Shown: positions 37,164 through 46,149 of the stretch, piece by piece
Layout of the letters: every line of letters starts with the position of its first letter
Numbering within the stretch: position 1 is the first letter of the stretch
Assembly: GCA_040048245.1 (NCBI GenBank)
Contig: JABRVT010000055.1
Coordinates: 16,975 to 80,974, forward strand
Length of the DNA: 64,000 nucleotides
DNA from: Candidatus Brocadia sp.
GTDB taxonomy: Bacteria; Planctomycetota; Brocadiia; Brocadiales; Brocadiaceae
Reading direction: 5' to 3'
Position numbers and translations under genes: made by a program
The notes under the pieces: model-generated
The model's input: the letters and a program-made list of their open reading frames with translations, nothing else
Told to the model about the DNA's origin: nothing
Database searches by the model: none

Positions 37164-37316
37164 CTATTCTCCTTTTTGTTGTTTTTCCCGTTCTATCTGT
37201 TTATCGTTTTCAAACGCCTGCTTAAAGGTAATGAATGTAAAGAAGAACAACAAAATTATTAAACCAACAATAGGAATATTATCGGGTTTAGTTATAATTG
37301 CCCAGACGTTTTCCAT
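37164..37316 (-). CDS. 50-aa single-TM small subunit, not in the ORF track
   Basis: MENVWAIITKPDNIPIVGLIILLFFFTFITFKQAFENDKQIEREKQQKGE; its 3' end carries the AAGGAG RBS of the next gene. Confidence 0.7.
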   Translation of the reverse strand: MENVWAIITKPDNIPIVGLIILLFFFTFITFKQAFENDKQIEREKQQKGE

Positions 37317-37484
37317 AATTAAATTCTATTTGCAGACCGACGAGACTCGTCGCTTTACATGCAAATCGCGGAATTCCAATAAATAAATTTACATACCAAA
37401 ACAAGTCTGAAAAGACAACATCCGAAGCACAAAATTTCTGTCAACCCTGGCAGGGTTAATTTTCAAAATATCTTCTATAAGATA

Positions 37485-38297
37485 TTAAAGCGGTCCGGAA
37501 ATACCCCCATCCTTGCGGATCCTCCAGAAATGCACCATCATGAATACGCTGATAATAAGGGGTAGTCCGATACAATGCCATACGTATGCCCTTAACAGGG
37601 CATTTCCGCCTACCAGTGAGCCACCCAGAAGCGCGAATCTTATGTCATTATACGCTGTCATTCCCATTTGTTCTCCAAAAGGTCCTTCATGCCCGAGCAA
37701 TGGCGTTGACCGAGCCATGTTTGTGCCAACTGTTACAGCCCAGAATCCCAGTTGGTCCCATGTAAGCAGATAGCCGGTAAAACTTAAAAGGAGGGTAAGC
37801 ACCAGCAGGACTACGCCCACACACCAGTTAAATTCCCTCGGTGGTTTATAGGAGCCTGTTGCAAATACGCGGAACATATGGAACCATACCGTTATAACCA
37901 TCAGGTGGGCGCTCCATCGGTGCAGATTTCTCAAAATCGCACCAAAAGGCACCTGATATTCCAGATCTTTTATATCCCAGTATGCATCATGAACTGTAGG
38001 ACGGTAATAAAACATCAGTAATACGCCGGTAAAGGTGAGCACCAGGAACAGGAAGAAGCTGATGCCACCCATACACCACGTAAATTTTAACTGTGGTGCG
38101 TGCCTCTTTACCCGGGCCGGATGCAGGTGCATAAAGACGTTGGAAACGACTTTAAGCATGCGATTCTTCGGAGTGTCGGCAAAGGTGTGCCTGAAGATGG
38201 ACTTCCATACCTGCGAATTTACCGTTACGTCCCTGAGCATGCCGAATATGCCTTTTTCTTTCAGCATGGTTTTGTATTTTGCCAAAAAGTTTCCCAT
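37485..38297 (-). CDS. petB: Cytochrome b6-like N-terminal subunit
   Basis: WCMGG (heme ci-type Cys), HRWSAH...[15 protein letters not shown]...VHFWRIRK heme-b ligands. Confidence 0.92.
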   Translation of the reverse strand: MGNFLAKYKTMLKEKGIFGMLRDVTVNSQVWKSIFRHTFADTPKNRMLKVVSNVFMHLHPARVKRHAPQLKFTWCMGGISFFLFLVLTFTGVLLMFYYRPTVHDAYWDIKDLEYQVPFGAILRNLHRWSAHLMVITVWFHMFRVFATGSYKPPREFNWCVGVVLLVLTLLLSFTGYLLTWDQLGFWAVTVGTNMARSTPLLGHEGPFGEQMGMTAYNDIRFALLGGSLVGGNALLRAYVWHCIGLPLIISVFMMVHFWRIRKDGGISGPL

Positions 38298-38350
38298 GGG
38301 TCTATTAATCTTTCTTGTAATTACCTAACCCGAAAGAGTCGGAAGAGATG

Positions 38351-38412
38351 GTAGCGCAGGCTTCCAGCCTGCATATTGTTGAATTCAAAAGCAGGCAGGA
38401 TGCCTGCGCTAC
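38351..38412. repeat. REP-like GTAGCGCAGGC...GCCTGCGCTAC hairpin
   Basis: GTAGCGCAGGCTTCCAGCCTGC ... GCAGGCAGGATGCCTGCGCTAC. Confidence 0.8.
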
Positions 38413-38784
38413 AAAATATTTTTGCTAAATGCGTCAAAATTATTTTTGAAAGATACTACGCCTTTTTCGAGACTTCGCTCGAAAAAGGTGGCGCTGAAGT
38501 GCAGTAAAATGCTGTAATATATATCTTACCGATAATATTCTTAGCATCTTTGAATTAAATTAACCTTAAAAAATTATTAAATAATGTATAACTCATATCA
38601 TTTCAATGAGTTAACTATAATATAGTTTTATATCCGACAATAAATTGTCGATGTTTAGGCGCTAAGCGCCTAAATCCGAACGAGTCAGAACATATAGCGC
38701 AACATTTTATATCGCTGTCCTGCGAACCGCATGGGGCGGGGTAACCCAGCCCCTGCACAAGGGTCGTTGCTAAATTGTTTTTTT

Positions 38785-39291
38785 TCAGATCTTTAAAAAT
38801 GCCCCGGGCTTGTCCCATTCACCGCGTTCTCCCCTGAACCGTACCCCCGCATCAACAACGATTTGTCCGTCAGCGTCCAGCGCAACCTTAAATCTTTCCA
38901 TGGGCCTCGGAGCAGGGCCTTCAATATTTATTCCATCGGGTGTGAACCCGCTTCCATGACAGGGGCATTTAAATTTGCCCTCAGATGCAAGCCAGTTCGG
39001 TGTGCAACCAAGATGGGTGCATTTTGCCTCGATCACGTATAGCCTGTCGGCTTCCCTGACGATCCATATCCGGAACTGTTTTTTGAACCTTTCGCTTACC
39101 CCCTGAGTATATTGGGAAGGATACCCAATCTTATATCTTGTCGGTGGTTCAATAATAGTCCTGGGAAAGAAGAACCTGACAACCCCGCCAAGCAGCATTA
39201 TGAGAAACATCCCAATAAAACCCCAGCCTGTGAAGTACAGGAAGCTCCGGCGATTTATTGTGGTTTTCAAATTTTCTGTTGCCCCTATCAT
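38785..39291 (-). CDS. petC: Rieske [2Fe-2S] subunit
   Basis: Tat motif NRRSFL plus TM helix; CTHLGC and CPCHGS. Confidence 0.93.
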   Translation of the reverse strand: MIGATENLKTTINRRSFLYFTGWGFIGMFLIMLLGGVVRFFFPRTIIEPPTRYKIGYPSQYTQGVSERFKKQFRIWIVREADRLYVIEAKCTHLGCTPNWLASEGKFKCPCHGSGFTPDGINIEGPAPRPMERFKVALDADGQIVVDAGVRFRGERGEWDKPGAFLKI

Positions 39292-39552
39292 GACACCAAT
39301 GGATTTACATGTATGATGCAACTACGTGCAGGGAATAAAGGATTTTGAGAAGAAAAACGAAGAACTTAATATTTTTTTATAGTACCTTTATTTTACCTGT
39401 ATTTCAATGAAATAAAAATGAATTCCTTAATCATTTAATCTAATATCCTATTGATTATTTCCTGAATGCTGGTAGTATATTGAAACACAAAAATCCTTTG
39501 AAAAATTCAATACATCTGCGATTTGATGTGTTTGGTGGAAGGAGAATACCCG

Positions 39553-40872
39553 ATGGTGGATATATTGGCAAGAGATATTATTCTTATTATTTATATTCTG
39601 TGGTTAATTATCACGGGGGTATTGGTCTTTTTTATGCAGGCGGGCTTTGCTTTTCTGGAGAGCGGACAGGTTCGCTCGAAAAATGCCACCCATGTCTATA
39701 TGAAGGTTTGCGCAAATATCGGTCTGGGTACATTGGTCTGGTGGTTGTTCGGATTTGCTATCTTTTCCGGTAACTGGAATTACTGTCTTATAGGCGTAAC
39801 CGATCCGGGAAACGTGGACAAGCTGAATGTATACGGGCACTGGTTCACCATGTGGGGATTTTGTCTTGTCTCATGCTCCATCGCATCAGGTTCCATAGCA
39901 GAGCGATTCAGTTTTAAGGCATATCTTATCTACGTGGTTCTTTACTGCGGGTTTATGTACCCGTTTTTTGGATGGATGGCATGGTCGGCAGGGCCGTTAT
40001 TGCGATGGGGCTATGTAGATTATGCAGGTTCCGTGGTGGTCCATTTTCAGGGTGGGCTGACGGCCCTTATCGCTGCAATGATTGTTGGCCCCCGGCTGGA
40101 AAAATACGCACGTACAAACAAGAAATCATGGCTGTTCGAGTTCGGACGTGGGGAATGTTATACCATCCCCGGACACAACGTTTCACAGATGATGCTCGGC
40201 GTGTTCATATTATGCGTGTGTTTTTATGGCTTTAATGTAGGGTCGGTACTGGTTGGATCGCTATGCGAGCCTACGGATGCAGTAACGGCGCGAAAGATGA
40301 TCGATGTCCTCGTTAACGATTTGCCTACAACGACGATCAACGTTACGATGAGCATGGCGGGTGGCATCCTTGGGGCGATGTTTGGCGGATGGCTGGTAAA
40401 TAAAAAACCAGACCCGCTTACCACAGGAAATGGGGCAATAGCCGGCATGGTATCTATCTGTGCGGGTGTTGGCTTTACCCATCCCGGTTTTGCCATAGTA
40501 GTGGGCGTAATCAGCGGGGGGATTATTCCGCTGGTGGTAAAGTCACTGGATAAGATAGGGATTGATGACACCGTTGGTACGTGCGGGGTGCATTGTACTG
40601 CTGGGGCTATCGGGGGCATTGCTACCGGTGTAATGGGGCTTATACGCCCAACCTATCACGGCGTGAGTTGTCATATTGGTATACAGGCCCTGGGTTTTAT
40701 CATCTGTATTGCTTACGCCTGCCTGTGCTCGATCATTATTTTTGGGGGACTAAAGGCCGTAGGCCTTGGCCGTGTGAGTGAAGAAGATGAGACCATGGGG
40801 CTGGATATCTCCGAGCATATGACTCCAACCTATCCGGAATTTGTTTCGGCGGGTGGTTTAAAAGGATACTGA
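39553..40872 (+). CDS. amt: Ammonium transporter (Amt)
   Basis: FFMQAGFAFLESG, SIAER, DYAGSVVVH and DDTVGTCGVH twin-His; GAAGGAG RBS. Confidence 0.95.
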   Translation: MVDILARDIILIIYILWLIITGVLVFFMQAGFAFLESGQVRSKNATHVYMKVCANIGLGTLVWWLFGFAIFSGNWNYCLIGVTDPGNVDKLNVYGHWFTMWGFCLVSCSIASGSIAERFSFKAYLIYVVLYCGFMYPFFGWMAWSAGPLLRWGYVDYAGSVVVHFQGGLTALIAAMIVGPRLEKYARTNKKSWLFEFGRGECYTIPGHNVSQMMLGVFILCVCFYGFNVGSVLVGSLCEPTDAVTARKMIDVLVNDLPTTTINVTMSMAGGILGAMFGGWLVNKKPDPLTTGNGAIAGMVSICAGVGFTHPGFAIVVGVISGGIIPLVVKSLDKIGIDDTVGTCGVHCTAGAIGGIATGVMGLIRPTYHGVSCHIGIQALGFIICIAYACLCSIIIFGGLKAVGLGRVSEEDETMGLDISEHMTPTYPEFVSAGGLKGY

Positions 40873-40873
40873 T

Positions 40874-42442
40874 ATGACACCTGTACTAAAATCACTGCCC
40901 TTTCTTTTCTTCATAGCCCTTGTTATACAAGGGTTATTTTTTTCCTTAAATGCCTCAGAAGAGCTAAACGGAAAAAAATCTTCTATTAGCATCTGGGAAA
41001 AACCATGTTATGAACAAGCCAAACAATATGTAGAAAAAGGGTTAATCGACCGTGCTATACCCGGATTGAAAAAAATAGCCGGACTTTATCCGGATAACGT
41101 GGAAGTTCATGCATATCTCGGATGGGCATATAGTCAGAAGGGGCTGATTTCCGATGCAGTAAAGGAATTCCAGAAGGTCTTGCAGATTGACCCAAACCTT
41201 CAAAAGGCGTCATTTGACTATCCAATGGTAAAAGATGTTCCTGCGGTGGTTAAGGAGTTTACCACAAATTTTGAAGACCTTATTGGCTGGATCGACGGAT
41301 TTTCTGGCGCACATGAAGTGCTGGGATCGTGCTATGTGCAACTGGGAAGGTTGGGTGCTGCCCTGAAGGAATATAAGAAGGTATTACATCTGGAATATAA
41401 CTACGGTAAAAGAGAATCAAATGTTGATGGAAAAGAGATAATTTCTGTAATTGATCAGGCCATAAATGAATATGAGGAAGTTTTAAGATTAAAACCAGAT
41501 TGTGTGGAGGCATATATTAAATTGGCCTGTGCCCATGCAGAGAAAGGGATGCTGGATCTGTCCATTGAAGATATGAAGAGGGCGATATCCGTTGAACCTG
41601 ACCGTGTGGAATTACGCGTCTACCTGGGTTGCTTTTATGCCAGGAAAGGGATGTTCGTCGAGGCCTTAACAGAGTTGCATGAGGCAAAAAAGGCCGGAGA
41701 CTGCATCTTTGAGAATCTCATTACGGAGGGGGAACGTTGCATCAATGAAGGCATGTTTGATAAGGCAATATCTGCTGCACGAAATGCCATCAAGGTATAT
41801 CCCGGAAATAAAAAGGCATATCGGATGCTTGCAACCGCATATGGTAAAAATGGTGAAATAGATAAGGCTATTGAAGTATGCAGAGAGATTATTTCTCTGT
41901 ATCCGGACGACGTTCACGCCTATGTGTTTCTTGGGTGGATTTATGCGCAATGCGACTTGATCGAAGAAGCGAAGGACCTGGTAGAATGGGTGATTCGCAG
42001 AGAACCCGAGAATGCCGAAATTCTGGCGTTGATGGCGTTTCTTTATGCCTCTCAGGATATGCTAAATGAAGCGATAGCGGCGTGTAACATGATTATTGAA
42101 TCCGCGGAAAATAATGACATGATAAAAAGTTATGGCTGGATTAAGGGAAGGGTGCCTTCCATTGAACAAAAATTCAGGGAGGTAATGGATGTTTTAGAGA
42201 TAAAATCCGATTATCCGGATGCCTATCTGTGCTTAGGGTGGTTACATTTAAAAAACGGAGAACACGAAAAGGCGGCCGCTGCATTTAAAAAAGCCGTTGA
42301 ATTAATGCCAGATTCATATAATACCCATCGTTATCTGGGAAATCTGTACGTGCAAAGCGGGAAAATAAAAGAAGCGCTGGAAGAATATGAAAAGGCATTG
42401 AATATTTTGTCAGGCGTTGTTTTGCAATACCAGCGAGGCTAA
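40874..42442 (+). CDS. Exported or membrane-anchored TPR-repeat protein
   Basis: N-terminal hydrophobic segment; repeated AYLGWAY and AYLCLGW TPR units; starts 1 nt after the amt stop. Confidence 0.85.
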   Translation: MTPVLKSLPFLFFIALVIQGLFFSLNASEELNGKKSSISIWEKPCYEQAKQYVEKGLIDRAIPGLKKIAGLYPDNVEVHAYLGWAYSQKGLISDAVKEFQKVLQIDPNLQKASFDYPMVKDVPAVVKEFTTNFEDLIGWIDGFSGAHEVLGSCYVQLGRLGAALKEYKKVLHLEYNYGKRESNVDGKEIISVIDQAINEYEEVLRLKPDCVEAYIKLACAHAEKGMLDLSIEDMKRAISVEPDRVELRVYLGCFYARKGMFVEALTELHEAKKAGDCIFENLITEGERCINEGMFDKAISAARNAIKVYPGNKKAYRMLATAYGKNGEIDKAIEVCREIISLYPDDVHAYVFLGWIYAQCDLIEEAKDLVEWVIRREPENAEILALMAFLYASQDMLNEAIAACNMIIESAENNDMIKSYGWIKGRVPSIEQKFREVMDVLEIKSDYPDAYLCLGWLHLKNGEHEKAAAAFKKAVELMPDSYNTHRYLGNLYVQSGKIKEALEEYEKALNILSGVVLQYQRG

Positions 42443-42773
42443 TCTTCGGACCAAGTAAAAACATTCGAAACCGCAGATTTCACAGATTACACATATGATT
42501 TAAAAAACTGTGAGTAATTGCATAGCATACATTTCTTTCCAGTTGAGGACGAGTTTCAAAACAGTCCTGTAGAGGCAATTCATGAATTGCCTCTACAGCG
42601 CATGGTAAGCGCGTCATTATTGGAATTTTTCAAAAAACTAAATTGTTACGAAATTTCTTGTTCAATACTCATTATTCAATTTTTATGTGTTTCTTTGTCT
42701 CCCGGTGACTTTGTGTGAGAAAACAAAAATACTTTCTTTTCCAATTCGTTCGGGTTATGGGGGGGCACCTCAG

Positions 42774-45113
42774 ATGAATCGATTTTTATCCATTAAGAGC
42801 AGATTGCTTATCTTTTCACTCTGTATATCGCTCATTCCTATTGCAGTTACTACAACAATATACTACCTCTACACCAGGAATGCCTTAAAATATCGGATCC
42901 TTGAGGATTTGAGAGCAATTGCAGAGTCAAGAGAGCAGCACGTCCTGTCTTTTATGGAGAGAACTGAGATACGTACGGCAGACTTCAGTACCGATGGGTT
43001 CATAAGAAGGTGTTTTGAGACAATAATTCGCGGAGGGAATTCTAAACAGGATGCAGTAGTTCGCTTAAATAAGTATCTTTCAAAGAAAAAATTACCCCTC
43101 AACCGGCATCTTATGGCAATAGCCCTTGTGGATAAGAACGGCAGAGTGGTCTCATCCACCGATGAGAGGTTAATCGGTAAGGATTTTTCCAGCCAGGATG
43201 TATTTCTGCAGGGCATACGAAAGAATTATGGTGAAACATACTGTGGTCAGCTACATTACTCCTCCGACCTCGACACAAACTGTACCTTTGTCTCAGCTCC
43301 AATTATTGCAAGACATGGGGTTGAAACACTGGGCGTGATTATCAATATTTATTCCCTTTCGGCCCTGACTGAGATCACAACAAATCGCGTCGGGATGGGA
43401 GATACCGGGGAAGTATATCTGGTGGGTAAAGATAAGTTAATGCTTACCCAGTCAAGGTTTTTTGGTAATGCAGTACACAAACAAGTCGTAAACACAGAAC
43501 CCGTCCGTAAGCTTATCGAAGAGGGAACAACGACCATTGGTATCTACCAGGATTACAGGGGAAAGCCTGTTGTTGGTGTCTCCGTATATTTACCCAAATA
43601 TGGCTGGACACTTCTGGCTGAAATAGATAAGGCGGAGGCATTTTCACCATTAAAGAAACTGGGTCTTGTTGCATTGTTTTTTGGCGTAGTTAGTGCTGTA
43701 GCGGTTACCGGCTTAGGAATTTCCTTTGCGGCCTCAACGTCAGATCCCATCAGGGATTTAAAGGATGCAGCAGAAAAATTTGCAGGCGGAGACTTAGATT
43801 ATCGGGTAAAGACGACTCGCAATGATGAGATTGGAGCCCTGTCCGAAAGTTTCAATGTCATGGCTGTAAAGCTTAAGGGGGAAATTGCCGGGCACAAGCG
43901 GGCGGAGGAGGCGCTGAAGGCGCTCAATAACTCTCTGGAACAGCGCATAGCAGAGCGAACGGCGGCGCTGGTAAAGGCAAACAAAGAACTCAAGACGGAA
44001 ATCGCAGAACGCAGGCGTGTAGAGGGAGAACTTCGCAAGTTATTTAATGCTGTCGAACAAAGCTCATGTTCAGTTGTAATTACTGATAGAGAAGGTAACA
44101 TCGAATACGTAAATCCCAAATTCAGCCGGGTAACAGGTTACGCTCCGGAAGAAGTAATCGGGCAAAACCCCCGTATCTTAAAATCCGGGGAGAAACCATC
44201 CGAGGAATATAAGAGTTTATGGGATACTATTACCTCCGGGGGAGAATGGGAGGGAGAATTTCATAACAAGAAAAAGAATGGTGAGCTTTACTGGGAGTAT
44301 GCATCCATTTCACCTATCAGAAACCCTGAGGGGGCCATTACCCATTTCGTTGCAATCAAGGAAGACATTACCGAGCGCAAACGAACGGAGGAAGAATTGA
44401 GGAAACATCGCGATCGCCTTGAATATCTTACGAACCGGCTTGCAACCGCCAACAAAGAGCTGGAAGCGTTCTGCTATTCTGTATCGCATGACCTGCGCGC
44501 GCCGTTGAGGGCTATCGACGGCTTCAGCAGGGCGCTGCTGGAAGACTACTCTGACAGGCTGGACTCACAGGGGAAAAACTACCTACAGCGTGTGTGCGCG
44601 GCCAGCAAGTATATGGGGCAGCTTATCGACAATCTGTTGAATCTTTCCCGTATAACCCGCGGTGAACTGAGCTGTAAGAAGGTCAACCTGAGCGCATTGG
44701 CGAAGGCGATCGCTTCGGAGCTTCAGGAGGCAGAACCGGGACGTCAGGCGGAGTTTATCATCGCTGAAAAATTAGTCGTCAACGGCGATCCGCATCTGTT
44801 GCAGATAGCCCTAAAAAACTTGCTCGATAATGCATGGAAGTTTACCCGTAAGAGGCCGCGGGCAATAATAGAACTAGGCGTGAAACAGCATAACGGAAAA
44901 CCGGTGTATTTTGTACATGACAATGGCGCCGGATTTGATATGGCTTACGTTAACAAGCTCTTTGGCGCATTTCAGCGTCTGCATTCGCCAACTGAGTTTG
45001 AGGGTACGGGGATTGGGCTGGCTACCGTTCAGCGCATCATCCATCGGCATGGCGGGCAGATTTGGGCTGAAGGCGCGGTAGACCAGGGCGCAACATTTTA
45101 CTTTACGATTTGA
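42774..45113 (+). CDS. Sensor histidine kinase (Cache-HAMP-PAS-HisKA-HATPase)
   Basis: Two TM helices, HAMP (RNDEIGALS), PAS, VSHDLRAPL H-box, NLLDNAWKF, DNGAG, GTGIGL. Confidence 0.93.
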   Translation: MNRFLSIKSRLLIFSLCISLIPIAVTTTIYYLYTRNALKYRILEDLRAIAESREQHVLSFMERTEIRTADFSTDGFIRRCFETIIRGGNSKQDAVVRLNKYLSKKKLPLNRHLMAIALVDKNGRVVSSTDERLIGKDFSSQDVFLQGIRKNYGETYCGQLHYSSDLDTNCTFVSAPIIARHGVETLGVIINIYSLSALTEITTNRVGMGDTGEVYLVGKDKLMLTQSRFFGNAVHKQVVNTEPVRKLIEEGTTTIGIYQDYRGKPVVGVSVYLPKYGWTLLAEIDKAEAFSPLKKLGLVALFFGVVSAVAVTGLGISFAASTSDPIRDLKDAAEKFAGGDLDYRVKTTRNDEIGALSESFNVMAVKLKGEIAGHKRAEEALKALNNSLEQRIAERTAALVKANKELKTEIAERRRVEGELRKLFNAVEQSSCSVVITDREGNIEYVNPKFSRVTGYAPEEVIGQNPRILKSGEKPSEEYKSLWDTITSGGEWEGEFHNKKKNGELYWEYASISPIRNPEGAITHFVAIKEDITERKRTEEELRKHRDRLEYLTNRLATANKELEAFCYSVSHDLRAPLRAIDGFSRALLEDYSDRLDSQGKNYLQRVCAASKYMGQLIDNLLNLSRITRGELSCKKVNLSALAKAIASELQEAEPGRQAEFIIAEKLVVNGDPHLLQIALKNLLDNAWKFTRKRPRAIIELGVKQHNGKPVYFVHDNGAGFDMAYVNKLFGAFQRLHSPTEFEGTGIGLATVQRIIHRHGGQIWAEGAVDQGATFYFTI

Positions 45114-45451
45114 GATTGCAAATTAGAGAGCAATTATTTAAAATGCCACGTTGCAAGGAATTTCAAAGTTATGCAGGTAGGGCCTACTCTTGTTGGCCTA
45201 TGACGCATGCAATCTGTTGTGAGTCGCCAATCGCCGTCGGGAGAAAGTTCCTGCCGGCGTATACTGCTTGTTCCCAAACGGAGTTTTGGAACGCAACGGG
45301 TAAGAAACTCAGTTTCGAGAAATCAGTCGATAAAAGTTATGGCAGTTAAGCAGTTTCGGAATTTCAAACTTTCTACTACCGCCTTACACACCCCAAACCC
45401 CTCTCAAGAGAGGATTCAGGGCATACGTGTTAAGCAATGTTTGCTTAAAAA

Positions 45452-45519
45452 GTAGCGCAGTTCTCCAGCCTGCATGAAGCAAAATAAAAGAAAGCTGGCA
45501 GGCCGGAGACCTGCGCTAC
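45452..45519. repeat. REP-like GTAGCGCAG...CTGCGCTAC hairpin
   Basis: Third copy of the 1740/38351 family. Confidence 0.75.
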
Positions 45520-45660
45520 AGTTAATAAGCAGTTAGTGATATTTTTAGAATCCTTAACACGTATGGGAGACAGGGAGGTATTTTATTATAAAAAGTTATC
45601 GAAGTCCTAATTTGTAGCCATATTCGTCACCGGTCTTGATATGGCAAAAATGGTGTAATT

Positions 45661-46149
45661 ATGGTAAATCTGCTACAGTGTACTATCTCAAATTCCTCTT
45701 CCGAAGCTATCCTGCTTGTAGAGGACAATCCAGACGATGTGGAGCTGACACTGCGTGCATTTAAAAAATACAATATCATAAATGAGGTGGTAGTAGTGAG
45801 CGACGGGGCTGAAGCGCTGGATTATCTCTTTGGTAAGGGTAAGTATGCTAACCGGGACACTAGTAAGTTGCCAGTGGTGATATTGCTGGATTTGAAACTG
45901 CCAAAGATGGATGGTCTGGAAGTTCTGCAACGATTGCGTTCCGATGAACGGACGAAATTCCTTCCTGTAGTTATTCTCACGTCCTCAAGCGAGGAAAGTG
46001 ACCTGATTAATGGTTACAGGTTCGGCGCCAATAGTTACATTCAAAAACCGGTGGATTTTACCCAGTTCTCAGAAGCATTGGGACAATTGGGAATTTACTG
46101 GCTTCTCCTGAACAAATCTCCGCATAACAGAGGAGGAAGGCTTAGATGA
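45661..46149 (+). CDS. Single-domain response regulator (Rcp1-like)
   Basis: ILLVEDNPDD, LLDLKLP, ILTSS, QKP. Confidence 0.92.
   Translation: MVNLLQCTISNSSSEAILLVEDNPDDVELTLRAFKKYNIINEVVVVSDGAEALDYLFGKGKYANRDTSKLPVVILLDLKLPKMDGLEVLQRLRSDERTKFLPVVILTSSSEESDLINGYRFGANSYIQKPVDFTQFSEALGQLGIYWLLLNKSPHNRGGRLR

Noticed and set aside
45110-45455. ORFs 45110-45349 and 45207-45455
   Set aside because: They are built from repeat sequence and show no protein-like features.
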